This document shows, piece by piece, positions 28,526-39,130 of a DNA stretch of 64,000 bases. The translations under genes and the position numbers were made by a program. The notes under the pieces are model-generated. The model saw nothing but the letters and a program-made list of their open reading frames with translations. It was not told the origin of the DNA and ran no database searches. The DNA is from an uncultured candidate division Zixibacteria bacterium (lineage in GTDB: Bacteria; Zixibacteria; MSB-5A5; UBA10806; 4484-95): positions 1 to 64,000 of the forward strand of contig CAXXKA010000008.1 of NCBI GenBank assembly GCA_963668625.2. The letters are read 5' to 3'. How positions within the stretch are numbered: the stretch's first letter is position 1; each line of letters starts with the position of its first letter.

Positions 28526-30991
28526 ATGGATACTTTGAAACAAGACACCGAAAAAGAAGTAACAATTGACGCTAAAATACTGGCGGATGAGCCAATATCG
28601 ATATTGCCGGTTAAAAGCGCTGTGATATTTCCGCATCTGGTAATACCACTTATGGTATCGGATGCCAAATATACCAAGCTCGTTGATGAGACCCTGATGG
28701 CGGGAAAGCCGCTGGGCGTATTCACCCAGAAAGACGCCGAACAGGAAAATCCCGGAACCGATGATATTTACCATACCGGTACCGCCGGGCATATTCTCAA
28801 GATGCTTCGTTTCCCGGATGGCTCGGTAAGGTTTTTGGTACAGGGCATATCCCGTATCAAAATCAAGAAATTCACGGAAACCGATCCTTTCTGGAAAGCC
28901 GAAATAGACGTCCCCGAGGAAAAGATAGTCGAATCAATCGATACCGAGGCGCTTACCCGCACTATACTCGAGCAATTGGCCAAAGTGACCAAGCTTGCGC
29001 CGTATCTCCCCGATGATTTACAGGTCTCGGCCTATAACACTTCCGATCCCTCGAAACTGGCCGACCTTATCGCCTCCAACCTGAATATCAGCGTGCGCGA
29101 GAAACAGGAGATATTGGAGATATTCGATGTCAAAGAGCGACTGAATAAAGTCAACTCCATGATAAACAAGGAACTCCAGGTGCTCGAGATGTCGCGTAAG
29201 ATTCAATCGGATGCCGCCAGTGAGATGGGTAAATCACAGCGCGAGTATATCCTTCGTGAACAGCTTAAGGCGATCCAGAAAGAGCTGGGCGAAACCGATG
29301 AGCGGACGATGGAGATCGAGGAGTTCAAGGATAAAATCGAGGCCGCGAAACTTCCCGAGGAAGCGCGCGAGGCCGCCGAAAAGGAATTGGACAGGCTTTC
29401 CAAGATGAATCCCTCGGCGGCGGAATACACTGTCAGCCGTACCTATCTCGATTGGCTGGTAACTCTGCCCTGGTCGGTATCAACAGATGATATACTCGAT
29501 ATCAAAGCCGCCGAAAAAGTACTCAACGAGGATCATTACGACCTGGAAAAAGTTAAAGAACGTATCATAGAGTTTTTGGCGGTTCGCAAATTAAAACACG
29601 ATTTGAAAGGCCCGATACTCTGTTTCGTCGGCCCTCCCGGTGTAGGTAAAACCTCGCTGGGTATGTCCATCGCCCGTTCCATGGGACGAAAGTTCTTCCG
29701 CATGTCGTTAGGCGGCGTTCGGGATGAGGCCGAGATTCGCGGCCATCGAAGAACATATATAGGCGCTTTACCGGGCAGGATTATACAGGGCATAAGAAAA
29801 TCCGGCTCGAATAATCCGGTGTTCATGCTGGATGAGATCGACAAAATCGGTCAGGATTTCCGAGGAGATCCGGCCTCGGCATTGCTCGAGGTGTTGGACC
29901 CAGAGCAGAATTTCAGTTTCGCCGATCATTATCTCGATGTCAATTTCGATTTGACCAAGGTGATGTTCATTACCACCGCCAATATACTGGAAACCATCCC
30001 CAACGTCCTCCTGGATCGTATGGAGGTGATAACTCTACCGGGCTATACCGATCTGGAAAAGCTGCACATAGTTAAAAAATATCTCATACCACGCAATCTC
30101 GATGACCACGGCTTGAAAAACAGTCATATCAGTTTTAGCGATAAAGCTATCAAATGCGTAATCTCCGACTATACCCGCGAATCGGGACTTCGCAACTTAA
30201 ACCGCGAACTTGGCTCCATCTGCCGAAAAGTAGCCAAGAAAATTGCCTCGGATGAGGCGAAGTCAGTGAAAGTTTCGCCGCGCAAAGTCGAGGAGTTTCT
30301 CGGCCCCGCAAAATACTTGCAGGATATGGCCAACAAAACCTCGACAATCGGCGTGGTACCGGGACTGGCCTGGACCTCCACCGGCGGAGATATCCTGTTT
30401 ATCGAGGCAACCGCCATGCCCGGCAAAAAGGAGCTTACCTTGACCGGCCAACTCGGGGATGTAATGAAAGAGTCTGTCATGACCGCCCTGTCTTATCTGC
30501 GTTCGATATCGAGCAAGCTGGGAATAGAGACCAACTATTTCAAAGATCATGATTTTCACATCCACGTACCCGCCGGGGCAACACCCAAGGATGGTCCCTC
30601 CGCCGGTGTAACCATGTTCACCGCCTTAGCCTCGTTGGCCTGCAACAAACCTATTCTCCCTTACCTGGCCATGACCGGCGAGATAACCCTTCGCGGCGAG
30701 GTATTGCCGATAGGCGGCTTGAAACAGAAAGCGCTAGCGGCTTACAGGTCGGGCATAAGAAAGGTGATTATCCCCAAACGTAACGAAAAAGATTTACGTG
30801 ATATACCCAAAGAGATCAATCAGCAAGTCGAATTCATACCGATAGAGAATGTCGAACAGCTTTTGGAGCACGCTCTTGATATCAAGGTTAAGAAGACCAA
30901 AAAGAAAGCCGCCGGTAAAACTAAAGCTGTAGCTAAAACCAAAACCGCAAAAAAGAAAACGGCGAAGAAAAAAGCTAAATCGAAAAGATAA
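28526..30991 (+). CDS. lon: ATP-dependent protease La (LonA)
   Basis: LON N-domain; Walker A GPPGVGKTS; RGHRRTYIGALPG; catalytic PKDGPSAG and PIGGLKQK. Confidence 0.98.
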   Translation: MDTLKQDTEKEVTIDAKILADEPISILPVKSAVIFPHLVIPLMVSDAKYTKLVDETLMAGKPLGVFTQKDAEQENPGTDDIYHTGTAGHILKMLRFPDGSVRFLVQGISRIKIKKFTETDPFWKAEIDVPEEKIVESIDTEALTRTILEQLAKVTKLAPYLPDDLQVSAYNTSDPSKLADLIASNLNISVREKQEILEIFDVKERLNKVNSMINKELQVLEMSRKIQSDAASEMGKSQREYILREQLKAIQKELGETDERTMEIEEFKDKIEAAKLPEEAREAAEKELDRLSKMNPSAAEYTVSRTYLDWLVTLPWSVSTDDILDIKAAEKVLNEDHYDLEKVKERIIEFLAVRKLKHDLKGPILCFVGPPGVGKTSLGMSIARSMGRKFFRMSLGGVRDEAEIRGHRRTYIGALPGRIIQGIRKSGSNNPVFMLDEIDKIGQDFRGDPASALLEVLDPEQNFSFADHYLDVNFDLTKVMFITTANILETIPNVLLDRMEVITLPGYTDLEKLHIVKKYLIPRNLDDHGLKNSHISFSDKAIKCVISDYTRESGLRNLNRELGSICRKVAKKIASDEAKSVKVSPRKVEEFLGPAKYLQDMANKTSTIGVVPGLAWTSTGGDILFIEATAMPGKKELTLTGQLGDVMKESVMTALSYLRSISSKLGIETNYFKDHDFHIHVPAGATPKDGPSAGVTMFTALASLACNKPILPYLAMTGEITLRGEVLPIGGLKQKALAAYRSGIRKVIIPKRNEKDLRDIPKEINQQVEFIPIENVEQLLEHALDIKVKKTKKKAAGKTKAVAKTKTAKKKTAKKKAKSKR

Positions 30992-31011
30992 GCTCAATAA
31001 AAGACCTAACG

Positions 31012-31050
31012 AAACAGGGGCGTCCAATCGAACGTCCCTGTTTTTATTTT
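31012..31050 (+). terminator. Intrinsic terminator after lon
   Basis: AAACAGGGGCG...CGTCCCTGTTT followed by a T-rich tract. Confidence 0.75.
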
Positions 31051-31127
31051 AACTCAATAAGGCATTGTCGGGTCTCGTCGCTCATCAGCGTTCGACACGC
31101 AGCACCTACCTGTGAAAATTCAAATTT

Positions 31128-34040
31128 CTATCTAACAATCAACTTGGCGGCTATAGGCGGACAGTCACCGACTACAGGAGCCGAGCCAATCCCCCTGAAA
31201 TAATTCACGAGATAGGTAACATCAGAGCCGATAATGCTGCAGTCACCATTGGCGTCACCGGCATAGAACGGATCGGGGGCCGGATTGTTGCCGGCGAAAT
31301 ACTGCACCAGGTAGGTAACATCGGCACCGATAACCCTGCCGTCATTATTGGCATCCCCGGGCAGGAACTCCACCTCAAAACCTAAAACCAGTATCTGCTC
31401 ATCGGATGCACCGACACCATCGGTTAATAACGCTACGAACGTAATATCGATACCGTTTGAGGAGGTACCCGAAAGCAACCCGGTTTCGGACATGCCGATA
31501 CCGCTGCCAGCTAAATTATCATCTCGATCAATCCAGGTTAAACCATCGGTACCGCCTCCGCCTTCGAGTTGGTACTCGTAAGGTTCGTTAACCGTAGCAT
31601 CGGGAATAGACTCGGTAGTTATAGCCACCGCCGGATTTATCGTAAACTCGAGAATCTGATCATCATATACTGACATATCATCGGTAACCCGCGCGGTGAA
31701 ACTCACCTCGCCGGTCTGGTCCGGCGTACCTACTACCATACCGTTACTCGAAAGCGCCAGCCCGTATTCGGCTAAACCGCCGTCATAATCGATCCAGGTC
31801 AACTCACCGGTACCGCCGTTAGCCTCGAGTTGTTGCGAATAGGAATACCCCATAGTCCAATCAGGCAGTGTTTCGGTGACTATTTGAATGGGCACTGATG
31901 TCATCGGCAGGATAATATAATCGAGCCAGGCGCAGTCGCTGCCGTTTGAGGTATTGATATCTTTCATGTATTCCCATTTGAACTTATGCTCGCCAGCTGC
32001 AACCTGGTATGATACGTGCGTCCAATCGATACTTCCAGACCAACCCTGTATCAGGGTGCTATCTATGTAAAATCTCAGCGAATCGTAAGTGGCTTCGGAG
32101 GAAACTTTCAGGAAGAATGATATCGAGTCCTGATTGGTAGCGTAATAGTCCAGGGACAAAACAGTATTTTCTTCATCGTCGATATCACCTGAACGGGCAG
32201 CGTAAATACCCTCGTACGCCCCGCCCGATTCGATAAACCAGTTGGCATCACCGGATAATTGCCAGTCGTAATTAGAGAAATTGCCAACTTCGTAATTCTC
32301 TACCTGCAAGCCTATCCCGACATCGAAAAACAGGCTGTCGGTATAACCACTGTTTTCGGTTATATCCAGACGGAACTCCACCTGATGTCCCGGTGGACAG
32401 GAGGCGTTGACATCGAAAACATAATCCGAGTTCGACAGTTCTACACCACCCAGCGCGGCGATAGTCGGGAATGTCGAGCTATTCTGGGTAAGCGTTATAT
32501 AGCTATCGGAGGTTGAAAGCACGGCCTCTACACCAACGGCTTCTCCACCGCCGACATTTGTAAGCGAAATTCCCATCGAAACGTTATCGCCGGCATCGAT
32601 ATTACCCGCATTCTGGCCGGCAAATTCTATCAACGGATCAGTCGATAACGGTTGCATTTGAACATCCAAATTGGTCGTTCCCCTGCTGGTGACTACTACA
32701 TTATCAATAGTCTGAGTCACGTAGCCATTAGCAATGAAACGAAAACTATATGTTCCGGGATAAATCATCCTGTAATAATCGCCATGATCGGGATCGGAAT
32801 ACACCTCGGAACTGTCCTGGTCGTGACCGACCACCGAAATGATAGCATCCACAGGAACGCCTGTCTGGTAGTTGGTGATCACGCCTCGGACGCCATAGTA
32901 ACATTGTTCGAGATAGGTAAGTAAAGCGCCTTTATTGTAATCCCAATGATCCTCGAGCTCGTTTTCGGGGACGGTCTTAGTGCTGGACAACTCGATCGTT
33001 ACCTCGCGGCAACCGTACCAATAGTTCAGACAATCCTGCCTGCCTCCGGTTATGGTATACCAGGCATAGCCGTTGGTGATACCATTATTCAAATCGGTCA
33101 TATAACCGGATGGGCTGTTAGCCTGAGCCGAATCGGCATATTCGCGGCTTACCGAAACCCACCAATCGTCATCGGCAGTGAGATGAGACCAGGTATCCCA
33201 GGGATAGTTTACGACCTCCGCGCCGCCGTGAAAATTAGCGGAAAGCACGAAATTGTGTTCATCGAAGAAATCTAGCATTGCCTGTGTTTCCGGCTGCCAT
33301 GAATTGCCATCGGGATGTTGCCCGTCATCCGGGTCGGGGAAGTTACGGTTCAAATTCACACCATTTGAATTATTGCGTGTCGCGTCCCAGACAGTGTTGT
33401 TACCGCCTGCGTAAGTGCCGTCCGGGTTGGCGTTGGGATTAATCCAGATCTCGCAGTTATTCAGAAGCGCGGTTGCCTGGGGATCGGTGCCGTAATTGGA
33501 AAGCAAATAATCTATAAGGTGAATCATCAATATATAACCGGTTGTCTCGTCACCGTGCATGGTCGAGGAATACATCAGCTCCGGTTCACTTTCCTCGATA
33601 TCAACGTTATCGGAAAGCTTGACAAATAACAACTGACGGCCTTCTACCGAATAACCGATGTTTTCAATATGGCAGAGATTTGGGTAAGTCGATGCGAAAT
33701 CGTACATAACCGTTAAATAACCGGTATAGGTAGGATAATAATCCCAATCGAGTATCAGATCTTTATCATCGGTCATACGCGGCTGGTGAAGAGTACTTGG
33801 CGCCGGCAGGATTTCATAATCGTAGCCCAACGTTTTGAAATAATCGAACTGCTTTTCATTGGCGTAGGCATATACCACGCCATCCTTAACATTATCGATT
33901 GAGACGAGCCTGGTTATTTTTTCAAGCTCCTTTTGAGATGAGTACTCGAACTTAAAATAGTACTCCGTAGTCCTGGCAAACGCCATTGAAGTTAACAGAA
34001 ATACTCCCAAAGTTACCGTCCAGATACACCGTCTAAACAT
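31128..34040 (-). CDS. Secreted M14 zinc carboxypeptidase with Ig-like/adhesin domains and C-terminal dockerin
   Basis: HGDE, NPDG, NLNRNFP, SANFHGG and TIELS; TETLPD/TESIPD Ig repeats; GDANNDGRVIGADVTYLV and GDANGDCSIIGSDVTYLV. Confidence 0.92.
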   Translation of the reverse strand: MFRRCIWTVTLGVFLLTSMAFARTTEYYFKFEYSSQKELEKITRLVSIDNVKDGVVYAYANEKQFDYFKTLGYDYEILPAPSTLHQPRMTDDKDLILDWDYYPTYTGYLTVMYDFASTYPNLCHIENIGYSVEGRQLLFVKLSDNVDIEESEPELMYSSTMHGDETTGYILMIHLIDYLLSNYGTDPQATALLNNCEIWINPNANPDGTYAGGNNTVWDATRNNSNGVNLNRNFPDPDDGQHPDGNSWQPETQAMLDFFDEHNFVLSANFHGGAEVVNYPWDTWSHLTADDDWWVSVSREYADSAQANSPSGYMTDLNNGITNGYAWYTITGGRQDCLNYWYGCREVTIELSSTKTVPENELEDHWDYNKGALLTYLEQCYYGVRGVITNYQTGVPVDAIISVVGHDQDSSEVYSDPDHGDYYRMIYPGTYSFRFIANGYVTQTIDNVVVTSRGTTNLDVQMQPLSTDPLIEFAGQNAGNIDAGDNVSMGISLTNVGGGEAVGVEAVLSTSDSYITLTQNSSTFPTIAALGGVELSNSDYVFDVNASCPPGHQVEFRLDITENSGYTDSLFFDVGIGLQVENYEVGNFSNYDWQLSGDANWFIESGGAYEGIYAARSGDIDDEENTVLSLDYYATNQDSISFFLKVSSEATYDSLRFYIDSTLIQGWSGSIDWTHVSYQVAAGEHKFKWEYMKDINTSNGSDCAWLDYIILPMTSVPIQIVTETLPDWTMGYSYSQQLEANGGTGELTWIDYDGGLAEYGLALSSNGMVVGTPDQTGEVSFTARVTDDMSVYDDQILEFTINPAVAITTESIPDATVNEPYEYQLEGGGGTDGLTWIDRDDNLAGSGIGMSETGLLSGTSSNGIDITFVALLTDGVGASDEQILVLGFEVEFLPGDANNDGRVIGADVTYLVQYFAGNNPAPDPFYAGDANGDCSIIGSDVTYLVNYFRGIGSAPVVGDCPPIAAKLIVR

Positions 34041-34207
34041 CTATATCCTCCACCTGCATCTCTATTTGTAACGATTTAAACATACTCTCATCTGAAGATT
34101 TGCATCCTGTTTAATATAACTAACATTGCAATTTCTCCAAGATAATTTGGTTTTAAAGGTTATTACAATATAATAATAGGTCACTTTTGGTAAGATATTT
34201 AATTCTA

Positions 34208-34236
34208 TTGACCTGTAAGCGATTCATTAATAACTT
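34208..34236 (+). promoter_or_regulatory. sigma70-type promoter
   Basis: TTGACC-N17-TAACTT upstream of the GNAT gene. Confidence 0.45.
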
Positions 34237-34262
34237 AGCACAACCGTAAAAATGGAGAAAAC

Positions 34263-34697
34263 ATGGATTATCAAATAAAATTATTAGATATTGAGGATTA
34301 CAAAAGCATTACTCGATTATGGCAAAAATGCGGTCTATCTTTCAGGCCGAGCGGAAGAGATTCTAAAGACTCGATTTCTATTGAGATGAAACGTGCGGAA
34401 ACCGGATTTATCGGGATGTTCGATCACGACAATCTCATCGGTTTAGTACTGGTCACATCTGATGGCAGAAAAGGTTGGATCAACCGTCTGGCAATCGATC
34501 CAAGCTACCAGAAACAGGGTCTGGGCAGCATCTTGATAGTCGAAGGCGAACGTTTCTTGCATCAACTTGGCATCAAGGTAATAGCGGCCTTGATCGAGGG
34601 TGAAAATAAACCATCATTTGCCACTTTCAAAAAAGCCGGCTATGTATTCCACGAGAATATAGTTTATTATTCTAAAAGAAACTCGGTTGAGGATTAG
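34263..34697 (+). CDS. GNAT family N-acetyltransferase (YpeA-like)
   Basis: DGRKGWINRLAIDPSYQKQGLG acetyl-CoA-binding motif A. Confidence 0.9.
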   Translation: MDYQIKLLDIEDYKSITRLWQKCGLSFRPSGRDSKDSISIEMKRAETGFIGMFDHDNLIGLVLVTSDGRKGWINRLAIDPSYQKQGLGSILIVEGERFLHQLGIKVIAALIEGENKPSFATFKKAGYVFHENIVYYSKRNSVED

Positions 34698-37600
34698 ACT
34701 TTAACGGCTTGCGGTTTAGCGGGAGAGTAACCCAAAACATCCCTGACAGCAGAGCCTATTTTGTCCCGCGTAAAGGGTTTTTTTAAAAACGAACCTGCTC
34801 CCAATTTAAGCATCTTGTTTACCCTTTCAGAGGCCGAGTAGCCACTAACAACCAGAGCTTTCTGGGACGGATTAATCTTCAGAATATCAACGAATGTATC
34901 CAGGCCGTCATAGTTCTCCTCCATTATCATATCCAGAATAACCAGATCGACACTATGGTGCGTTAAATATTCGATAGCGGCATGACCGTGCTCGACCGAT
35001 TCGATTTTATAGCCGAATGTCTTTAGCAATTCAACCGTCAACTGCCGCTGTTCCGGGGAATCCTCAACTATCAGAATCGATTCTGAACCCCTCAGGTCCT
35101 GACCATTGTCTTTCTGTATTTCAGCCTCTTTTCCGGTAATCGGGAAATATATCACGAATGTCGTACCCTCGCCAACGGTTGAGATAATATCATAGTAACC
35201 GTGATGGTCTTTGACTATGCCATAAACTACTGCCAGCCCCAGGCCGCTACCGCTGACTCCCAACTTCTTTTTTGAATAATATGGCTCGAAAATTTTCTTC
35301 AAATCTTCGGGAGGTATACCAACTCCCGAATCGCTTACCCTTAAAGCTATATAATCTCCCGGTTCAACATACGATTGACCGCCCAGAAGTTCATCGAGGT
35401 ATATTTTCGAGGTTTCTACAACCAGCCTGCCGCTATTAGGCATGGCATCGAACGCGTTAACTATCAGGTTCATCACAACTTTCGTAAGGTGTGGAGTGGA
35501 GCCGATAATATTCGGTATTTCCTCATCGAGACTTAATTTAACCGTTACCTCCGAATGTAATTCTTTTTTCTGAATATACCCGGGCGATTCGATATATTGC
35601 CTTACCACATCGGATAAGTTAATCGGCGCCATTTCGTATCGTCCCCGCCTGGCCATTGTCAGCAGGTCCTGGATAACATCAGCGGCATCCTGCGAGGCTC
35701 GGTAAATACGTTCGATTCTCTTTCGCATCGGATCATTGCTTTTTAGTTCGCCCAGGATTAAATCAGAATAGCCTACTAACGGACTCAGGGTGTTATTCAA
35801 ATCGTGGGCTATACCGCCGGCAAGAAGTCCTAGTGATTCCATACGCTTGGCTTTTTCCAATTTTTCCTGAAGGAGTTTATTTTGTTGCTCGGCCTGTTTA
35901 CGCTCGGTAATATCCTCATATGTGCCCAAAAGCCCAACGACATTGCCATCTATACCAAGAAGAGGTACCTTATTCGTATTCAGCCAGGCTATACTACCAT
36001 CAGGACGAGACTGCCTTTCGATGATATTATACTTGGGTTTGTTATTATCCATTACGAACAAATCATCTTTTCTGAATATCTCGGCATCCGTGTTTCGCCA
36101 TGGCATATCATAATCACTCTGACCGATAAGCTCCTCGGTTTTACTGTAACCGGCATCCCGGGCAAAATGGCTGTTGCATCCGAGATAAATACTTTGCTTG
36201 TTTTTCCAGAAAATTCTCTGGGGGATATTGTTGAGTACCAACTGGAGCATCTGGCGTGATTCCCTGATCTCGTTTTCAGCCTTCTTGCGTTCGGTAATAT
36301 CTCTTACAATGCCAACCGCATGCCATTTATTTTTAAGTTTTAATGTCGAAAGTGAAAGCTCGACACTAATACTATCACCGTCTTTTCTGATGGCTTCCAA
36401 TTCTAGAGTTTTACCTACAGCCTTGCCGATACCGTCACGTTGAAATAGGGGTAAGGCGTTCCTATAAGCCTGATTATGACTTTCGGAGGCGATCAATTGG
36501 TGAAGTTGCTTGCCTTTCACTTCCTCGCGCGTATATCCGAAAATAGTCTCGGCCATTTCATTCCAAAACGAGATTTTACCATCGGGATTCATCATAATTA
36601 TAGCATCATTAGCGGCTGAGGTGATAGTCCTGAAAGTCTCCTCACTCTCCTTTAGTGCCTCGACTGCCTCTTTAACCTCGGTGATATCGATATGCGTGCC
36701 TACTACACGCAGCGGTTTTCCGGCTGAATCAAAATCTACTACTTTACTACGAGCCAGTATCATTCGCCACGAACCATCCTTGGCTTTCATTCTGAATTCT
36801 ATATTGATGCTGGAATGTCCTTGATGAATCGCTTTATCGGTGCCTTCAATAGCAATCTGTCTGTCATCGGGGTGCACCAGGTTCATCCATGATTCCATAC
36901 TGGGCGGGAACTCTCCCGGTTCATAGCCGAGCATTGTATAATATCGAGGACTGAAATATATATCACCGTTAACCATATTCATATCCCAAAGCCCTTCATT
37001 GGATGCCTCTAAAGCCAACGAAAGCCTTTCTTCGCTTTTCTTGATAGTGTTCTCGGCCTCGATAAAATCCGTTATATCCTTGCCGGCGCCGATTATCTCA
37101 GTAACCCGGCTTTTCTGAGAATTCCAGATAGGCCGTCCCATATGGCGAAGATAACGTATTTTGCCGGCCTTGGTAATTATGCGAAGTTCTAACACATCCT
37201 CTTTATTGCTTAAAAGTCTTTTAACATGGATATTAACCAGCTCAACATCATCGGGATATACCATCGTATTTACGAAACCACCTTTCGAGATGATCTCATC
37301 CGAGGTATATCCGGAAATCAGATGAACCGCGCCGGCAACCCAATCGAGTATAAGATCACCGTTATCATCGACTTTATACATATAAGCGTAATCGGATGTA
37401 ACTTCAGTTACCGCCTTGTAACGCTTTTCCGATTCATATAACGCCCGTTCGGCGGCACGTTGATTGGTTACATCAATCATCAACCCCTGGATACCGACAA
37501 TTTTCTCATCACTATACGCCGGCTTTGCTGATATCCGCAACCAACAAACAGAACTATACCGGGTAACGATACGACATTCGAATACAACCGGTTCCCCGTC

Positions 37601-38905
37601 TAATACTGTCTGCAATCTCTCGTTGAATTCCGGCAAATCTTCCCGATATATGAATTCTTTTACTGGCTTATCGATCATTTCCGGAGGAATATATTCGGCT
37701 ATATATTTGATTGTCGGGCTTATATATTCGATAACACCGTTTGTATCCAGCGCGAAAATAACTTCATTGATATTTTCCACCAAGTCACGGTATCGTTCCT
37801 CAGCCTCCAGCAAAGCATATTCCGCATTTTTTCGTTCACTAATATCCCTGATAAACACCAGGTCGGCCTTTTTGCCATCGAAAGTCGTAACTCCGCCGTT
37901 AATTTCGACACTGACAAGACCGCCGTTTTTATGCATAAGTTCTGATTCGTATACGGGAGGTACATAGCCGCCTGCCATGCGGTTGCTATAGTTATCCTCG
38001 AGCTTGGATAACTCGGATGGGCTAACGACCACTCTAAACTGAACTCCTATCAATTCATCTTGCTCATAGCCAAGCATGAATGCCAATTGAGGATTTACAT
38101 AAGTAAAAACTCTATCCTGGATAATCGCTATTCCATCACCGGCGCGCTCCACTACATGTCTGTATTTTTCTTCACTGGACTTTATTGTTTGTTCATAATT
38201 CACTTCGGCGGTTATATCTTTGGAGACCTCGACAACACCTATTATTTCACCATCATCATCGAATACGGGAAAACCTTTAATAAGAAGATGCTTGCCATCG
38301 CCTGACGCTCTTTTTAACTCGTGGCTCTTACCTGTTTTCAGGCATTTAGCCACCGGACAATTACTACAGGCTTGCTCGCTATCATGCCAGATAGTGTGAC
38401 ACTGACGGCCAATTATTTGATCCGCCGGCAAACCGGAGGATTTTATGACCGATTTATTTGCCCAGATGATTCTTAAGTCCTTATCGTGAAAACTAACATT
38501 CTCGGTAACACTATTCAGAATGAACTCCTTCTCTTTTTCCGATTTCTCTTTTTTGAGAAGCGTTTCCTCGTAATCATCATTCAGGGATGACAACCGTGAT
38601 TCCACCCTCGAAAGATGAGAATAGTACTTACCGATAACCCAGCCGTATAATCCCAATACGAGCGGCGCGAAGTCAATTATCCACATTAATGGCTGCTGTT
38701 GATGAGTTTCAACGAAGCTGACAAGATTTATATCCAGATTGTTCAATACTACCTGTGTCGTGTATGCCACAACGATAAACAAAAATCCGAATAGCACGCC
38801 AAAGATTACATTGCCATGCTTTTTGCTCTGATAAATTATTTTTTTCCCAGTCATTATTCGGCTTGTGATGTTAATTGTAATTAAACCCCGTTTTAAATTC
38901 CCCAC
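34694..38905 (-). CDS. Membrane-anchored hybrid histidine kinase with seven PAS/PAC domains and a receiver domain
   Basis: Two TM helices; repeated ..DIT/DIS PAC ends; H box AGGIAHDLNN; NLIVNAFDAM, DSGVG, GSGLGL; receiver LVILDMIM..KPF. Start could instead be ATG 38854. Confidence 0.95.
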   Translation of the reverse strand: MGNLKRGLITINITSRIMTGKKIIYQSKKHGNVIFGVLFGFLFIVVAYTTQVVLNNLDINLVSFVETHQQQPLMWIIDFAPLVLGLYGWVIGKYYSHLSRVESRLSSLNDDYEETLLKKEKSEKEKEFILNSVTENVSFHDKDLRIIWANKSVIKSSGLPADQIIGRQCHTIWHDSEQACSNCPVAKCLKTGKSHELKRASGDGKHLLIKGFPVFDDDGEIIGVVEVSKDITAEVNYEQTIKSSEEKYRHVVERAGDGIAIIQDRVFTYVNPQLAFMLGYEQDELIGVQFRVVVSPSELSKLEDNYSNRMAGGYVPPVYESELMHKNGGLVSVEINGGVTTFDGKKADLVFIRDISERKNAEYALLEAEERYRDLVENINEVIFALDTNGVIEYISPTIKYIAEYIPPEMIDKPVKEFIYREDLPEFNERLQTVLDGEPVVFECRIVTRYSSVCWLRISAKPAYSDEKIVGIQGLMIDVTNQRAAERALYESEKRYKAVTEVTSDYAYMYKVDDNGDLILDWVAGAVHLISGYTSDEIISKGGFVNTMVYPDDVELVNIHVKRLLSNKEDVLELRIITKAGKIRYLRHMGRPIWNSQKSRVTEIIGAGKDITDFIEAENTIKKSEERLSLALEASNEGLWDMNMVNGDIYFSPRYYTMLGYEPGEFPPSMESWMNLVHPDDRQIAIEGTDKAIHQGHSSINIEFRMKAKDGSWRMILARSKVVDFDSAGKPLRVVGTHIDITEVKEAVEALKESEETFRTITSAANDAIIMMNPDGKISFWNEMAETIFGYTREEVKGKQLHQLIASESHNQAYRNALPLFQRDGIGKAVGKTLELEAIRKDGDSISVELSLSTLKLKNKWHAVGIVRDITERKKAENEIRESRQMLQLVLNNIPQRIFWKNKQSIYLGCNSHFARDAGYSKTEELIGQSDYDMPWRNTDAEIFRKDDLFVMDNNKPKYNIIERQSRPDGSIAWLNTNKVPLLGIDGNVVGLLGTYEDITERKQAEQQNKLLQEKLEKAKRMESLGLLAGGIAHDLNNTLSPLVGYSDLILGELKSNDPMRKRIERIYRASQDAADVIQDLLTMARRGRYEMAPINLSDVVRQYIESPGYIQKKELHSEVTVKLSLDEEIPNIIGSTPHLTKVVMNLIVNAFDAMPNSGRLVVETSKIYLDELLGGQSYVEPGDYIALRVSDSGVGIPPEDLKKIFEPYYSKKKLGVSGSGLGLAVVYGIVKDHHGYYDIISTVGEGTTFVIYFPITGKEAEIQKDNGQDLRGSESILIVEDSPEQRQLTVELLKTFGYKIESVEHGHAAIEYLTHHSVDLVILDMIMEENYDGLDTFVDILKINPSQKALVVSGYSASERVNKMLKLGAGSFLKKPFTRDKIGSAVRDVLGYSPAKPQAVKV

Positions 38906-39130
38906 ATTCCTGTATCATTCATTGTTTCGGCTAAAACCCAACCGATACTTATTTTATCACCCTGTTATTGCAATAAATCGTTCAAAATTAAAACGAATAT
39001 ATACTATATAGTACGTAATATATTTTATTCTCGATCATGTTCGGTTTAAGCTTGATGATCTGAACATAATAGTATAATATTTCAACGGTAATTTACTCAT
39101 TCGTTAATCTTTAACCTGGTCTGAATTAAA

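Noticed and set aside
31062-31110. Weak REP-like remnants here and at 23257-23290
   Set aside because: Too degenerate, and not repeated closely enough within the window to define a family
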